A stretch of DNA of 64,000 nucleotides from Andalucia godoyi And28 (lineage: Eukaryota; Protista; Jakobida): assembly GCA_009859145.1 (NCBI GenBank), contig VRVR01000043.1:191185-255184 (forward strand), in the 5' to 3' direction. Positions 12,634 through 24,120 of the stretch are shown one piece after another (within the stretch, counting starts at the first letter, position 1; each line of letters starts with the position of its first letter). Under the pieces are notes generated by a model. It had not been told where the DNA came from and did no database searches. It worked only from the letters and a program-made list of their open reading frames with translations. Position numbers and translations under genes: made by a program.

Positions 12634-14097
12634 ATGAGCTTGACGCGCGCAATCCGATCTGTTCGCGCATCGCGGCTGTCTTCGCTGTCCAGACGACCGG
12701 CGCCTTCATTCTTGCACGGCACCAATGCCGTGATTTCCGATTCTCGTTCGTTTTCCACATTTCCATGTTTTCGCTCATTTCCGTTTTTGCAGGCGTTTTC
12801 AAACGTCGTTCCGTTCCTGATGGCAGACATCGGCGAAGGAATCACGGAAGTGGAGGTTTTGCAGTGGTATGTGAAAGAAGGAGACAAGATCTCGCAGTTT
12901 GATCGCGTGTGTGAGGTGCAGTCCGACAAGGCAACAGTGGAAATCACGTCGCGATACGACGGAGTTGTTTCTAAATTGCATTATAAAAAGGGGGATCTTG
13001 CGAAAGTCGGAAAGCCGCTGATTGATGTACAGGTCGAAGGGGCCGTGTCCTCGGAGCCATCTGCGTTTGATAGCAAGCCGGGGTCGTCCGCTCCAGCGTC
13101 GACAGCTCCAGGAGCGGGAATGCAGCAGCAGGAGGAGGAGGTGGCCGCAGAGAAGGGAAAGAAGGGTGAGATTGCCGGTGTTGGGAAGGCACTTGCAACT
13201 CCTGCAGTTCGTCGAGTTGCACGCGAGAAGGGCATTGATCTGAGCTCGATTCGTGGATCCGGACCGAATGGACGGGTTTTAGTAGAAGATTTAGAGTCGG
13301 CATCATCATCATCATCATCATCATCATCGCCGGCGACGGCGGTGGAAAGCGGCAATGGTGCATTGTCGAGTGCGTTTGCAGCGTCGGCAGATGTAGTGAT
13401 TCCAGTCCGTGGAATCACACGAACGATGATCAAGACGATGGAGTCGTCGCTTTCGATTCCTCATCTTGGATACTCGGACGAGATTGTCATGGACAAGTTG
13501 ATTTCGGTCCGTTCTCAATTGAAAGATGCATGCCTGGAGCGAGGCGTGAAGATTACATACATGCCGTTCTTCATCAAGGCTTGCTCACTGGCCCTCTCCA
13601 AGTATCCGATTCTGAATTCGTCATTGACTGGATCGACAGAAGGCGAGCGAGTGATTGTGCAAAAGGCAGCCCACAATATTGGAATTGCAATGGACACACC
13701 CTCGGGACTTCTGGTCCCCAACATCAAGAACTGCGAGTCAAAGTCCATCTTTGAGATCGCTCGGGAACTGAACGATCTGCAGGCGCTTGCCAAGGCCGGA
13801 AAACTGTCGTCGGCGTACTTAACCGGAGGGTCGTTTTCCATCTCCAACATTGGTGCAATTGGCGGCACGTATGCCCGCCCCGTGATTGTTCCGCCCGAGG
13901 TCGGCATTGGCGCCATCGGCAAGATTCAGACACTGCCGCGCTTTGATGCGACCGGAAACATCGTCAAGGCTAACATTCTCAATATTTCATGGTCCGCCGA
14001 CCACAGAATCGTCGACGGCGCCACAATCGCAAAATTCTCAAACGCAGTCATTGGATTCATTGAAAACCCCGAAACCCTCCTCGTCGACCTCAAGTAA
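12634..14097 (+). CDS. DBT: Branched-chain alpha-keto acid dehydrogenase E2 (dihydrolipoamide acyltransferase), mitochondrial
   Basis: Arg/Ser-rich presequence from ATG 12634; lipoyl domain ADIGEGITEVE..VQSDKATVEITS; E3-binding ATPAVRRVARE; catalytic SADHRIVDGA. Confidence 0.95.
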   Translation: MSLTRAIRSVRASRLSSLSRRPAPSFLHGTNAVISDSRSFSTFPCFRSFPFLQAFSNVVPFLMADIGEGITEVEVLQWYVKEGDKISQFDRVCEVQSDKATVEITSRYDGVVSKLHYKKGDLAKVGKPLIDVQVEGAVSSEPSAFDSKPGSSAPASTAPGAGMQQQEEEVAAEKGKKGEIAGVGKALATPAVRRVAREKGIDLSSIRGSGPNGRVLVEDLESASSSSSSSSSPATAVESGNGALSSAFAASADVVIPVRGITRTMIKTMESSLSIPHLGYSDEIVMDKLISVRSQLKDACLERGVKITYMPFFIKACSLALSKYPILNSSLTGSTEGERVIVQKAAHNIGIAMDTPSGLLVPNIKNCESKSIFEIARELNDLQALAKAGKLSSAYLTGGSFSISNIGAIGGTYARPVIVPPEVGIGAIGKIQTLPRFDATGNIVKANILNISWSADHRIVDGATIAKFSNAVIGFIENPETLLVDLK

Positions 14098-14350
14098 AAA
14101 ATTTGCGCAAGTCTCAACCCGCAAGTCTCAACCCGCAACATCTTTTCCCCATTTTTTTTCGGGCACTTTTTAATTTTTACAGTCGAGTTTCAATGTGTCT
14201 CTTTGACGGATCGCAAATTCTGAAAATCTCCTATCTCTGCATTTCGTTTCTTCACTAAAAAAAATATTAAAAATCAAATTATTTTCACTGATTTTATTTG
14301 AATTGTTTTTGATATATTTTATTGTTAATTGTTGTTTGAAGGGTTTTTGG

Positions 14351-14379
14351 GAAAGAGAGAGGGGAGAGAGGGGAGAGAG

Positions 14380-14459
<80 letters not shown>
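14351..14459 (+). repeat. (GA)n purine microsatellite abutting the start codon of the BTB gene
   Basis: GA/GGGGA run ending immediately before ATG 14460. Confidence 0.95.
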
Positions 14460-14465
<6 letters not shown>

Positions 14466-17399
14466 TCGCACTGCGTGCTGAATCTGCCCGCGCTCAGTGC
14501 AAAGTACGTGTGGCTTCCGACATGTACGCTTCCTACAGCAGGCAGCGGGGCGTTCTTGTTTGAAGCTCGGGCGCATAATGACATTCATGTAGCGCTACAC
14601 TATTCGTGCTCGGAATTGGCGTCGCAGCGAGACTCTCGGTATCCGGATGCTGCGGCAGCGTACGAATTCCTGTTTGGCGGATACACAAACACAAAGAGTT
14701 TGATTCGGCGATTTGGAAAGCAGGTCGCGCTGACGTCGTTCAAGCTGACGACAGGCGCGGCGATTCCGCAGGGCATATTCACACGATTTTGGATCTCAAT
14801 CAGCATCGACGGTGTGCTGGCGATGGGTTATGGATCCGTCGGCGAAAATGTTATCCTTCGATGGCAGGATGCAGAGCCGGTCACGACGGTCATGTATGTC
14901 GGACTTTCTTCGTGGGACTCGCCAGTCCAGTACCGCAACTTCTACACGACACCGTCATCGATTGTGACGGGGTTGCATTCCGGCGCAGGACCTCGAAGAA
15001 CAGCGGTGACTCGATCCGCTTCCAATGAACCCTATTCACCAGCATCCGCATTCACATCAATTGCACCTGGTCAGTCCAGCAGCAACAGCAGCGGCAGCAG
15101 TAGTAGTAGCACCAGCAGCAACAGCTTCTCCTCCTCCTTGTCAGGGAACTCAATATCGAGCTTGCAAGCGACTGCACTATACGAGTCTTCGCTGGCGGAC
15201 TCGCTGTTGACGCCTTCCTCGGGTGCTGTAACAGGACCGTTGGCATCGTCTGCTTCCTCTCCAGGAGCAATTACCAACACCTCAAACTCGAGGAGGTTTT
15301 CAACACCACGGTCAGAATCCGTGTCATCGGCGGGGGGTGCTGTGTCAACAGAGGTTATCGTCGACGCGTCGTTCGTCAGTGTCGTGTCGAATGATTGGAG
15401 GTACAATCTCTTCTCGCTGCAGCAATCTGGAATCTTTTGCGATGTCATTTTGAACTTTGCGGACGGCTCGCAGTCGGCTGTGCATTCTTTCGTGCTCGCC
15501 GCTGCGTCGCCGCTGTTCGCTCTGAAATTCCGACAGCTGCGCCAGTCGAACCCGCAGCATCTTGTGCAAGAAATGAACTGTTTCTTGTCGGACGCGGACC
15601 TGGACTGCGATGTTACGGGGTACGAATGGGAGGTGCTGATGGTGGCAATCTACACGGGACTCTTGTACGGGATCCAGTCTTTGGATGTTGATCGGTATAT
15701 TGCAATATCGAGAGGTCTGCAGTTGGCAAACATTTGCGACGCCCTCGTCGCGCAGCGGTCCAATCTGATGAGTCAGCCGTTTGCGCATTCACAGTCTAGC
15801 TTGGCTTGCGAGCAGACGTTGCTGCGGTTTCGCGAAGTGCTGCTCGATGCTACGACACCGGACGACGTCGAGGTGTACTACGCAGAACATCTGGAAGGAT
15901 CCTTTGGGGATTGCCAGCTTATTTGTGACAACATGCGGTTTGCATGTCACCGCGCCGCTCTTGGTGCGCATTCCAATTTTTTCTTTCGCATGTTCTCTGG
16001 CGGATTTCACGAGTGCATTACTCGAGAGTGCGATCTGACGGACATGATTTCTGCTGATGTACTCCGGCAGGTCCTGGAGTACTGCTACTCGGGTGTTCTG
16101 CCTCCGTCGATTGCTTGCGACTCGCGGAAGCTGGTCGATCTGATGACGGCCTCTTCGGAATTTATGCTTACGATTCTGAAGCGCGAAGTGGAACGTCGCC
16201 TCTGCGAAGTCGTGCAGTCTCCAGGCTTTGCCGCCGACTTGGTCTCCTTGGCGGATGCGTGGGACTGTCCCGTATTGCGCGATCGCTGCATTGATGTTCT
16301 GCAAGTGCAGTTTTGCTCACTTCCGACGGACAGCGTGCAGAACTTGTCGATAAGCGTAGTGGAGGAACTGTTGCAGCGTGAAGATCTACATGCCGACATA
16401 AGCCAAAACGACATTTTCCTGTTTTCTCTCAACTGGCTTGCGTCGTCCGTCAGCAATCTTCCCACACAGGATGTGGATGTAGTCAAGAAGGGTTACGAAA
16501 CTCGTGTGTTTCCATCGCTCCGAATTCACCTCCTGTCTCGCGACTTTCTTGATGGGCTGATTTCTGATACCCGCTATGCCGCTTTGCTGCCACCCGTGTC
16601 GTTTGCGCGACTGCAGCGCGCAGCCTCGGACCTTGCAGAATCGATTGCAGCCTCTGCTGCAGCCTCTGCATCGGCCTCTGCCTCTGCATCTTCGTCTCAA
16701 CTCGCATTCTCACTGCATCCTCTCGCAAAGAGCCTTTCAGAGATGCTTCCGTCCAATGTGAAGATCCCACGTCTCTCCGTTGCTCTGGCCTTCGTTCGGC
16801 CTGGGGATGACAATGGCGTCTTCTACTACATCGGATCGAAGGGTCATACACACCCTTGGACGAATCCGCATTCGAACGGGGACGTCGTTGTATCGTGTTC
16901 GTCGCCCAGGAATCGTTTCTCACACTCTGAATTTGTTGTGGATCGACGCACTCATTCGACTGTTTTCTTTACCTCGCCTACGCACCAGCCGTGGGTCGCA
17001 GTGGACTTGGGAGAGAAGTATCGTCTCCTGTGCACGCGATACACGCTTCGCCACGACTCCTCGGCCAGCAACTTCTTGCGGTCTTGGGATTTCCAAGCGT
17101 CGGATGACGGACAGAGCTGGAGCTGCCTTCGCACTCACCGAAACGACACGAGCATTTCCCATTCGCGTGCCTGTATTTCTTTCTTGGTTTCCACAAGCTC
17201 CCAAGGGCATCCGTTGCCACAGGACGCGCAGCAACTGCGTGAATCGACGTGCCGTCCGTACCGGCACTTTCGAGTGATCATGCGAGATTGCTCCAGCTCC
17301 GGCTCCGATCAAATGGTCCTCAGCAATCTCGAGTTGTACGGCTTCCTCGTGCTCCGTACGTTGACCCAAGCAGCTCCAACTGCGCCTCCTGCGCTTTGA
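14460..17399 (+). CDS. FAMeT-like + BTB + BTB + BACK + discoidin (F5/8-type C-like) protein, At2g30600-like architecture
   Basis: N-terminal FEARAHNDIHVAL..YEFLFGGYTNTKSLIRR; two BTB motifs (HSFVLAAASPLF, HRAALGAHSNFFFRMFSGGFHE); BACK-like helices; C-terminal DDNGVFYYIG..WVAVDLG..LRSWDFQASDDG..YRHFRV. Confidence 0.85.
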
Positions 17400-17437
17400 G
17401 TTCTGTCCTCAGTTTTCTTTTGCTGTTCCCTCCTCTT

Positions 17438-17473
<36 letters not shown>

Positions 17474-17607
17474 TATTTATGATTCACTCTACCAGTCGTT
17501 TGTGCAAACCTATCGAGGTTTTCTCTGAAAAACTGCATCGTCCATTGCGCCTCTTCCTTTTCCTCATGGATTCCTTGTTCTTTGTTGCCTCTTTTCCCCC
17601 TCCCTCT

Positions 17608-18531
17608 CTAAAGCACGATCTTGCACTGCGAAGGACCGACGTGTTCCTTCATATTGCGGTACCATTTTGAGATGCGAGACTTGCTGGTCACCTCTGGCCA
17701 CAGTTGCAATGGTTCAACGGCCCTGAGCACACCAAAAACAGAGGCATCTGTGACGTTCGGCTGTTTCCCTCCTGCAAATCCGCCTCGGGAATCCACGAAT
17801 TCGGACCACTCGTTCAGCCGGTCCACCAAGGCTTGTCGTTCGTCTGCGAATCCGTATTTGCGCTTGAGCATCTTGCCAATCACATACATCACCACAGTCC
17901 CCACAACCTGTGCAGCCCGCCTCTCCATCGCGGAGAACTTGTGATGCTCGGTCATGTACTCCAGCGAATCCCATGCCTCGGGAATCGTCCGGTAAATGTT
18001 CGGCGGCAGTGTTTTGACAAGCGACGTGTCCACCCATGCTCTCCACTTTTCAGACTCGCTGTCCCTCAGAAAATCATCGTTTCCCGTCATTCGTACTTCC
18101 AGCGTTTCAATGATCTTCGACGACTCGATAAGCCGCTCGTACGCCGGCATCGCAATCACGATCGGCACTTTGGTGTAGTCCACCGACCACTTCAGCTCAG
18201 TCTTTGTCAGTGGATTCACCTCCACTGCCGTATATGCAATCTGCCGCCAGTCCAAATACGCCTTCACCTTGTTGCAGAACGGGCACGACGAATACTGGTA
18301 CAGCAGCACGCCAGTTTGAAACTCCGGATGGGCGCCACCTGTTGTAAACACCCGCTGTCCTCCGCCCGCTGTACTGGCATCGGCATGCAGGCTGCGGTCG
18401 ACACGAGTCGACTCCGGGAGCGCAGACGACACCACAAGCGACAGCGGTCGATAGCTGACCGCGGTCACGGCTGCCATCGTGCAGAATGCTCCTGCGAATA
18501 GCCTTGCTCCCGTCCTGAACGCATGCTCCAT
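17608..18531 (-). CDS. PTGES2: Prostaglandin E synthase 2-like glutaredoxin/GST protein
   Basis: LYQYSSCPFCNKVKAYLD, YTKVPIV, WRAWVD..LPPNIYRT and PNVTDASVFGVLRAVE. Likely ATG 18531 (MEHAFRTGARLF, presequence-like). Confidence 0.9.
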   Translation of the reverse strand: MEHAFRTGARLFAGAFCTMAAVTAVSYRPLSLVVSSALPESTRVDRSLHADASTAGGGQRVFTTGGAHPEFQTGVLLYQYSSCPFCNKVKAYLDWRQIAYTAVEVNPLTKTELKWSVDYTKVPIVIAMPAYERLIESSKIIETLEVRMTGNDDFLRDSESEKWRAWVDTSLVKTLPPNIYRTIPEAWDSLEYMTEHHKFSAMERRAAQVVGTVVMYVIGKMLKRKYGFADERQALVDRLNEWSEFVDSRGGFAGGKQPNVTDASVFGVLRAVEPLQLWPEVTSKSRISKWYRNMKEHVGPSQCKIVL

Positions 18532-18644
18532 GCTTGTGTCAACCTGCTGTGCTTTTCTCCTCTCGCCAGCACGAATGAAAGATGGGGAGAAAAAGAAAGG
18601 CGGAAAATAAAAAAGAAAACCCCGAAAAAAGGAAAACGGAGTCA

Positions 18645-19079
18645 TCAAAAGTCGAGGACCAAGACGGGGTCTACAGCAGATGCGGCAGAATGGGCAGTGC
18701 AGAAGGCTCTAGCGTGGATGGCAAGGTCGCGCATGGCGTCGAGAGCGAGATGGGCATAGACGACCCTCGACTCGTCGGTGTTCGGTCTTTTGATGCGCAC
18801 GGGCCTGCCGGACCACGCAAGAATGTATGCAGGGACAGTCTCGATGTCAAACAGCCGTAGTGCGTCCACGAGGTCCTTGGGCGACGCATCCAGCGACACG
18901 ACCACCGTGGAGTCCACCAGCATTTGATGCTTTGATGCTAGCTGCTCCATTTTGGCGCGTTCTGCGAGCGACGACGGGTGAACTCGCGAGACGAACAGCA
19001 CGAGAACGAGCGATTGCGGTCGTTGGGAATCAAGAAACGAAGACAGCTCCGACACGCGTACTTCGTGATGACTCGCCAT
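18645..19079 (-). CDS. Thioredoxin-fold protein resembling Dim1/TXNL4 family, no CxxC
   Basis: 144 aa from ATG 19079. The pattern LVLVLF..HP..VVVSLD..LFDIETVPAYIL.WSGRPVRI parallels Dim1/Dim2 proteins. Confidence 0.6.
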   Translation of the reverse strand: MASHHEVRVSELSSFLDSQRPQSLVLVLFVSRVHPSSLAERAKMEQLASKHQMLVDSTVVVSLDASPKDLVDALRLFDIETVPAYILAWSGRPVRIKRPNTDESRVVYAHLALDAMRDLAIHARAFCTAHSAASAVDPVLVLDF

Positions 19080-19497
19080 GACTCTCTCTGCTGCTGCGTG
19101 TTCTTCAGCTACGAGAGGGAGAGAGAGGGTTTCACGCTTTTCATTTGCTTTCTGAACGCCAAACAACCCCCCAAAAGACAGACGGGAAATGTCCGTCAAG
19201 CCACTACGATGGGCAGTGACATGACATCTGTTTCGCTCTTACATTTTACCTCTCCAAAAAGGGTCTTTTGGTCTTTTAGAGTTTTCTTATCCGTGTGCGT
19301 TCTCTTTCTTCGACTCCTCTTCCTCTTCCTCTTCCTTTTCCTTTTCCTTTTTACTTCCCCAATGCAAGACAAGTCGCGCTTCTTTTTTTAAAAAAAAAAT
19401 TATTAAAAAAGGGGCGAGGTTCTGTCTTTCTATCATTCTGTGTGTGTTTTTTATTTAAATTTTAAATTTTAAACTTCGTTATTCAGTAATTTAGGCG

Positions 19498-22400
19498 ATG
19501 AGTGCGGAACTTGCTGTTTACTCGGTGCTTGAGGCACGGAACCATACACAAACCGGCCCATGGGCATTGTGCAAAGTCGTGCTGGCGGCGATGAAGGACT
19601 CGATTGCATCGCGCGGCCTGACGGAATCTGCTACTGCATACTTTGCCGCACTCATGGACGCTGTGGAATCCGGCCTGGATCGATTAGACCTTCATGCGCT
19701 CGAAGCGACTCTAAAACTTATTGAAATCAATATGCAAGAGTATGTTTGTTTTTTGTTTGGTTGTTTGCTCTTATTCTTGTGTTTGTTCTTGTTGTTTTGC
19801 TTTTTCTTGTTTTGTCACTGCGGCGTGTTTTTTTTTAAATTAAAAAACAATGCTTATCCTTTGTGTTTTACCGTTGGAAAAATCTCTAGTCTTTCGGAAA
19901 ACGTAATCCGTTCCTCGTATGCTAATACGATAAAGTTGATGGGGACCCTTATGGACCGATACAGCGAAACTGCGGGAATCGTAAAGATTCTTCTGCGCAT
20001 CTTGTCGTTTTTGCCGCTGAGTGCACATCATATGCAGTCTCTCTTGTTTCCGGTCTTGCTAGACACGCGAGGAAAGGTTCGAAAGGAAGCACAGGATACG
20101 CTGGCGACGATTGCGCAGTTCAAGCTCGATGGGAATGGCGCAATCGCAGTTGGCGATGCATTCGGAGCGTTCGCCTCCGCTATTCTCAGCGGAGAGGCAA
20201 AGCCTATGGCCGCACGGCAAACTGGGAAAAGAGCGCACGTGGAGGATGAGGAGCATTCGGAAAAGCCACAGCATGGCGTTTCCAAACACAGCGTTGCAGA
20301 CAGCGAGCAGCTGGGTGTACTGTACATACTGCATTTCTTGGAGAGCAAGCCGATTGCTGCACTGATTCGATCTCCGTCCATTCTCAGAAGTATCGTAGGA
20401 GTGCCGATTCGGTTCTCAACATCTCCTACATGCGTACTGCACGCGTTCCGAGCACTGCTATCGCTGATCGAATCCGGTGCGTTGGATGTAGCAGTGCTGG
20501 ATGGCTCGTCTCCGTTGGCTCGACAGCAGCTCGTGGAGACTCTCTGTTCTTTCGTGCCTGTTGAACTTACGTCGTCTGCAAACGCATTCTCTTCCAAAGT
20601 TGTTGGAAAAGTGTACGTCATTCCGTGTTTGATGGCGCAGTTGCGACAGAACCACCCTATTGTGCCGCTGCTCTCTTCGCTGCTGATGGCGACAGCCTCT
20701 TGGAATTTCGACGATGCTGCCCAGTGGACTTGGAGAGTCCTGGCTTCCATCTTCACTCGAGGAAACACAATCTCTGGTGGTGACGCAAAAGCCAGCTCTT
20801 TTGCGAACGAATTTCATGCAATGACTCCGTCGCTCCTGAGCGCTCTAGAGTCATGCGTGTCCAGGCTGGCACTGAACCCGGTTCTGATTTCTGAATTCGA
20901 AAAATTCTGGATGACCGGGTTTTCCGCTCTGAAACTGCGATCGCTTGCGCCATCTGCACTGTCGAGACTCTTCAAGTCCATCGCGAAACATAACCGTCCG
21001 TCGCGCGAAATGCTCTTGTGGCTCGACTCTCTCTGTCGGGCAAAGGCCACGCAGCAAAAGGGCCTTGATGAAGACGACCTTTTCGACTGGCAAGAGGAGG
21101 ATCACCTGAAGGGCGGTGCAGTCAAAGTACTTGAACAGATTGTCGAGACACACGGAATGCACGTTGTTTTGTCGGAACTACCACTTCACACCAAGCCAAT
21201 CTCTGCCTTGGTCCCAGCCAAGCCGTCCAAGCAAACCAAGGGTACTGCGGAGGAGTCTCTTGTGATTTCTCAGGAGAGGGATTATCTGTTGCCGATTATT
21301 GTTCGTGCCTGTGATCCGTCAACGTCTTCCCTGGCCTTCTACCTCGCAAACTTGTATCCGCTGAGAAGGATTCTCCTCCATCGGATGCGTGTTGCTGCGG
21401 CGCAGTCTCTTCAAGTCCGAGCGAAGAATCTCGGAATCTATGCATTTCAGATTCTGTCTGTGTTTCCGCGTGTTGCCTCTTCTGCTCTCCAGACAACGAG
21501 CTCCGTCTCGGACGAAGCATTGCGGTTGATGATCACGATGATGTCGAATATGAAGGATGATAGCGAGTTTCTGGCAGACGTTCCTACCAACTGGGAAGAC
21601 GGCGTTGATGTACTTTTGAATCGCTCCGAGCAGACCACTGTTTTTTCGGCGTGGAAGCAATTTGTTTCTGTCCCGGTTCACTTTGAAACTCTTTTACAGC
21701 ACTCTCGCTCTGCTCTTCCAGTGATCATGGATCTTGCGGCGCATGGAGACTCGAGCGCCATGACTGCGTTCCAGAAAACTATTGGAGCCCTTGTGTCGTC
21801 AAAGTTCATCTCTCACAGCACCGACAATTCTGTCCTTGCTGGAGGATCTTCCATAGTCACCGAACTGTTGTTCCGTGTTCTGCAGCGAATTGTCCAGTTG
21901 ACCTCGGATGTTCACGGGGCGAGCAGTAGCGCGGGGTCGGAGCGCATGCAACGGACAACGTCTACGGCCACGGACGTTGCCGCATTGTTGCAGCTACTTT
22001 CTGTCATGGTGCTGCCGGATGATTCGTGTTTGTTGGTGCTCCGTGTTCTGGAGCCATTTTTTGTCATCCCTACGTATACGTCTCAACCGTCGATTGTGAA
22101 GCGTGCTTTGCGTCTTGTGCGAAAAGTAGTCTCTGCATTCTCGCCGCTTGGAGGAAATCCAGCTGCAGGAAATCTTGATGCCAAACGACAGGAAGTGTGG
22201 AGCGCTGTGCAGAGTGGTGCGCTGCGGGTCTTGGAGAAGTCTGCAGATATCGCGCGAGCCCCGTCAGTGCGCTCCGCAAGACTTGATCTTCATGCAGTTC
22301 TCTTTTCCACGGAGTCCTTCAGCGCTGCCCAGTTCGCCGAGCAGATGGATGCGATTGTCGTGGACGCTGTTCTTGCGACCCGCGACTCCAACACGAAGAC

Positions 22401-23970
22401 TCGTCGATCAGCGTGCCGAGTTTTGGATGCAGTGTTGGCAAATCGCCCGTTTTCCTTTTTGATCAAGGCACTCGTTGGCATCCTGGCGGCGCGGACTGCT
22501 ACGGCTGTCACGGCTGCGTTGAAACTTGTTGCACGCATTGTTGCTGCATCATCAGCATCGGTTCAGCCTATTTATCGTGTGGTTGCGCTTGCGGATCCGC
22601 GTGAGCATTTCCAAAACCCACTGGGAGAAGCACAGGCGTCGGCTTTGCTCAGTATCCTCTTTTCTTTCTTGGAGGCTCCGTCGATCGATTTGGAAATTGT
22701 GAAGGGCGCAATCCATGTTCTTCTCAGCATGTTCACCGTTGTGTCGAAGCACTCCGATGAAGTGTTTGAGTTTGCTTCGTATGCCTTCGACGAGACCTCG
22801 AATGGCCTGCTGGATGAGGATGATGATCCGGACCTGGATTTCGAAGATGTCGGCGAGGAAGTGGACGATGACGCATCGGATGGCGAAGAGGAAGGCGCCG
22901 AAGACATGGAAGCGGACAGCAATGTCGGATCTGCATCGCACGCGTCTTCCTTTGCCTCGTCGTTCGCCTTGGATCGCGGAATTTCGCGGGAGCTTGCAAG
23001 GACACCGATTCCAAAGTTGGAGTTTTCGTCGCTGATTGCTCCTCGCATGCACAATGTGAAAGGATCTGCAGTTCGTGCCGTGGACGAAGGCACGCCGCTG
23101 GAGCGTCTCGTCCCCGCCCTGCTTCGGTGGTCGTCGAGAAAGGAGTCTACGTCGACTGTGCGTCTTTTGGCTAAGCGCTTGTGGGCTCGACTGATGCGAG
23201 CGTACTCGTTCGACGTTATCTCGCGCATGGTTGGGACGGATCATCACGCGCTTCTGGTGAACATCCGCAAGGCAGATGAACGGAAGAGACGCAATAAGGA
23301 CAAGGGCCAAGCCAACAGCAATGGGGCGTATGACTCGGACGAAGTCAACACTGGAAAGCTTGCCAAGAAGAATGAGCACAAACAGCGAGTTGCCGGCTCT
23401 GCCAACCAGAAATCCGTTTCCAAGGACGATGGCATGGTTCGGTTTCGGAACGTCGAAGGCGATCTTTCGGAAGCCATTGCGCTTTCCAAGCCCCGCAAGC
23501 GAGGGTTCAATGACATTTCTCACGACGCGCTTGGCTACACAAATGACAGTGATGAAGAAGAGCATGACCAACGGCATGAACCACATCAGGCGGCAAAGAA
23601 TCTGCCGTCGCGTCTCAAACGATCGGTTGTTCAAACGGAACGCATGGGCGACCGCGAAGCTCACGGGGATGAAGAAGAAGGAGAAGGCGGCGATGGCGAC
23701 GGCCGAAGTTCTCGTCACATTCCGGACCACCTGCTCCGAGCAAAAGAAGCCCGCAAGCAGAGTCGCCAAAAGATGCTGTTTGGCGATGTCCACACCGGCG
23801 AAGAGTTCAGCGCCGCCAAGCGTTCGCGAGGAGACATCAAGAAGCCCGGCAAAGTGGATCCGTACGCATACGTCCCTCTCAATCAGCGGTTCCTCAACAA
23901 GCGCTACCGCCATCGATCCGAAGAGCGATTCACGCGCGTCGTCACCAACAGCAACCACAATCAAAAGTAG
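19498..23970 (+). CDS. RRP12: Ribosomal RNA processing protein RRP12-like; intron 19740..19889
   Basis: Long HEAT-like helical protein with C-terminal GDIKKPGKVDPYAYVPLN motif. A 150-nt T-rich GTATGT...CTAG intron removes the aberrant Cys/Phe stretch in the ORF translation. Confidence 0.85.
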   Translation: MSAELAVYSVLEARNHTQTGPWALCKVVLAAMKDSIASRGLTESATAYFAALMDAVESGLDRLDLHALEATLKLIEINMQEYVCFLFGCLLLFLCLFLLFCFFLFCHCGVFFFKLKNNAYPLCFTVGKISSLSENVIRSSYANTIKLMGTLMDRYSETAGIVKILLRILSFLPLSAHHMQSLLFPVLLDTRGKVRKEAQDTLATIAQFKLDGNGAIAVGDAFGAFASAILSGEAKPMAARQTGKRAHVEDEEHSEKPQHGVSKHSVADSEQLGVLYILHFLESKPIAALIRSPSILRSIVGVPIRFSTSPTCVLHAFRALLSLIESGALDVAVLDGSSPLARQQLVETLCSFVPVELTSSANAFSSKVVGKVYVIPCLMAQLRQNHPIVPLLSSLLMATASWNFDDAAQWTWRVLASIFTRGNTISGGDAKASSFANEFHAMTPSLLSALESCVSRLALNPVLISEFEKFWMTGFSALKLRSLAPSALSRLFKSIAKHNRPSREMLLWLDSLCRAKATQQKGLDEDDLFDWQEEDHLKGGAVKVLEQIVETHGMHVVLSELPLHTKPISALVPAKPSKQTKGTAEESLVISQERDYLLPIIVRACDPSTSSLAFYLANLYPLRRILLHRMRVAAAQSLQVRAKNLGIYAFQILSVFPRVASSALQTTSSVSDEALRLMITMMSNMKDDSEFLADVPTNWEDGVDVLLNRSEQTTVFSAWKQFVSVPVHFETLLQHSRSALPVIMDLAAHGDSSAMTAFQKTIGALVSSKFISHSTDNSVLAGGSSIVTELLFRVLQRIVQLTSDVHGASSSAGSERMQRTTSTATDVAALLQLLSVMVLPDDSCLLVLRVLEPFFVIPTYTSQPSIVKRALRLVRKVVSAFSPLGGNPAAGNLDAKRQEVWSAVQSGALRVLEKSADIARAPSVRSARLDLHAVLFSTESFSAAQFAEQMDAIVVDAVLATRDSNTKTRRSACRVLDAVLANRPFSFLIKALVGILAARTATAVTAALKLVARIVAASSASVQPIYRVVALADPREHFQNPLGEAQASALLSILFSFLEAPSIDLEIVKGAIHVLLSMFTVVSKHSDEVFEFASYAFDETSNGLLDEDDDPDLDFEDVGEEVDDDASDGEEEGAEDMEADSNVGSASHASSFASSFALDRGISRELARTPIPKLEFSSLIAPRMHNVKGSAVRAVDEGTPLERLVPALLRWSSRKESTSTVRLLAKRLWARLMRAYSFDVISRMVGTDHHALLVNIRKADERKRRNKDKGQANSNGAYDSDEVNTGKLAKKNEHKQRVAGSANQKSVSKDDGMVRFRNVEGDLSEAIALSKPRKRGFNDISHDALGYTNDSDEEEHDQRHEPHQAAKNLPSRLKRSVVQTERMGDREAHGDEEEGEGGDGDGRSSRHIPDHLLRAKEARKQSRQKMLFGDVHTGEEFSAAKRSRGDIKKPGKVDPYAYVPLNQRFLNKRYRHRSEERFTRVVTNSNHNQK

Positions 23971-24120
23971 TAGAAGTAAGAAGTTTTATTTTTTTCGGTG
24001 GTGATGGCGGTGGTGGTGGACTGCATGAACGAACGAGCCTCTCTCTCTTCTATCGCAACCCCTCCCACGAGCCCACAACAGAAAGATGGGAGAAGAAGAA
24101 AAAGAGAGTAGGGAATTTTC

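Noticed and set aside
22552-23964. 470-aa antisense ORF within RRP12, and similar long antisense ORFs in XRCC2, WD40, kinesin and fibre genes
   Set aside because: Codon-bias shadows of GC-rich genes, with no motifs of their own.
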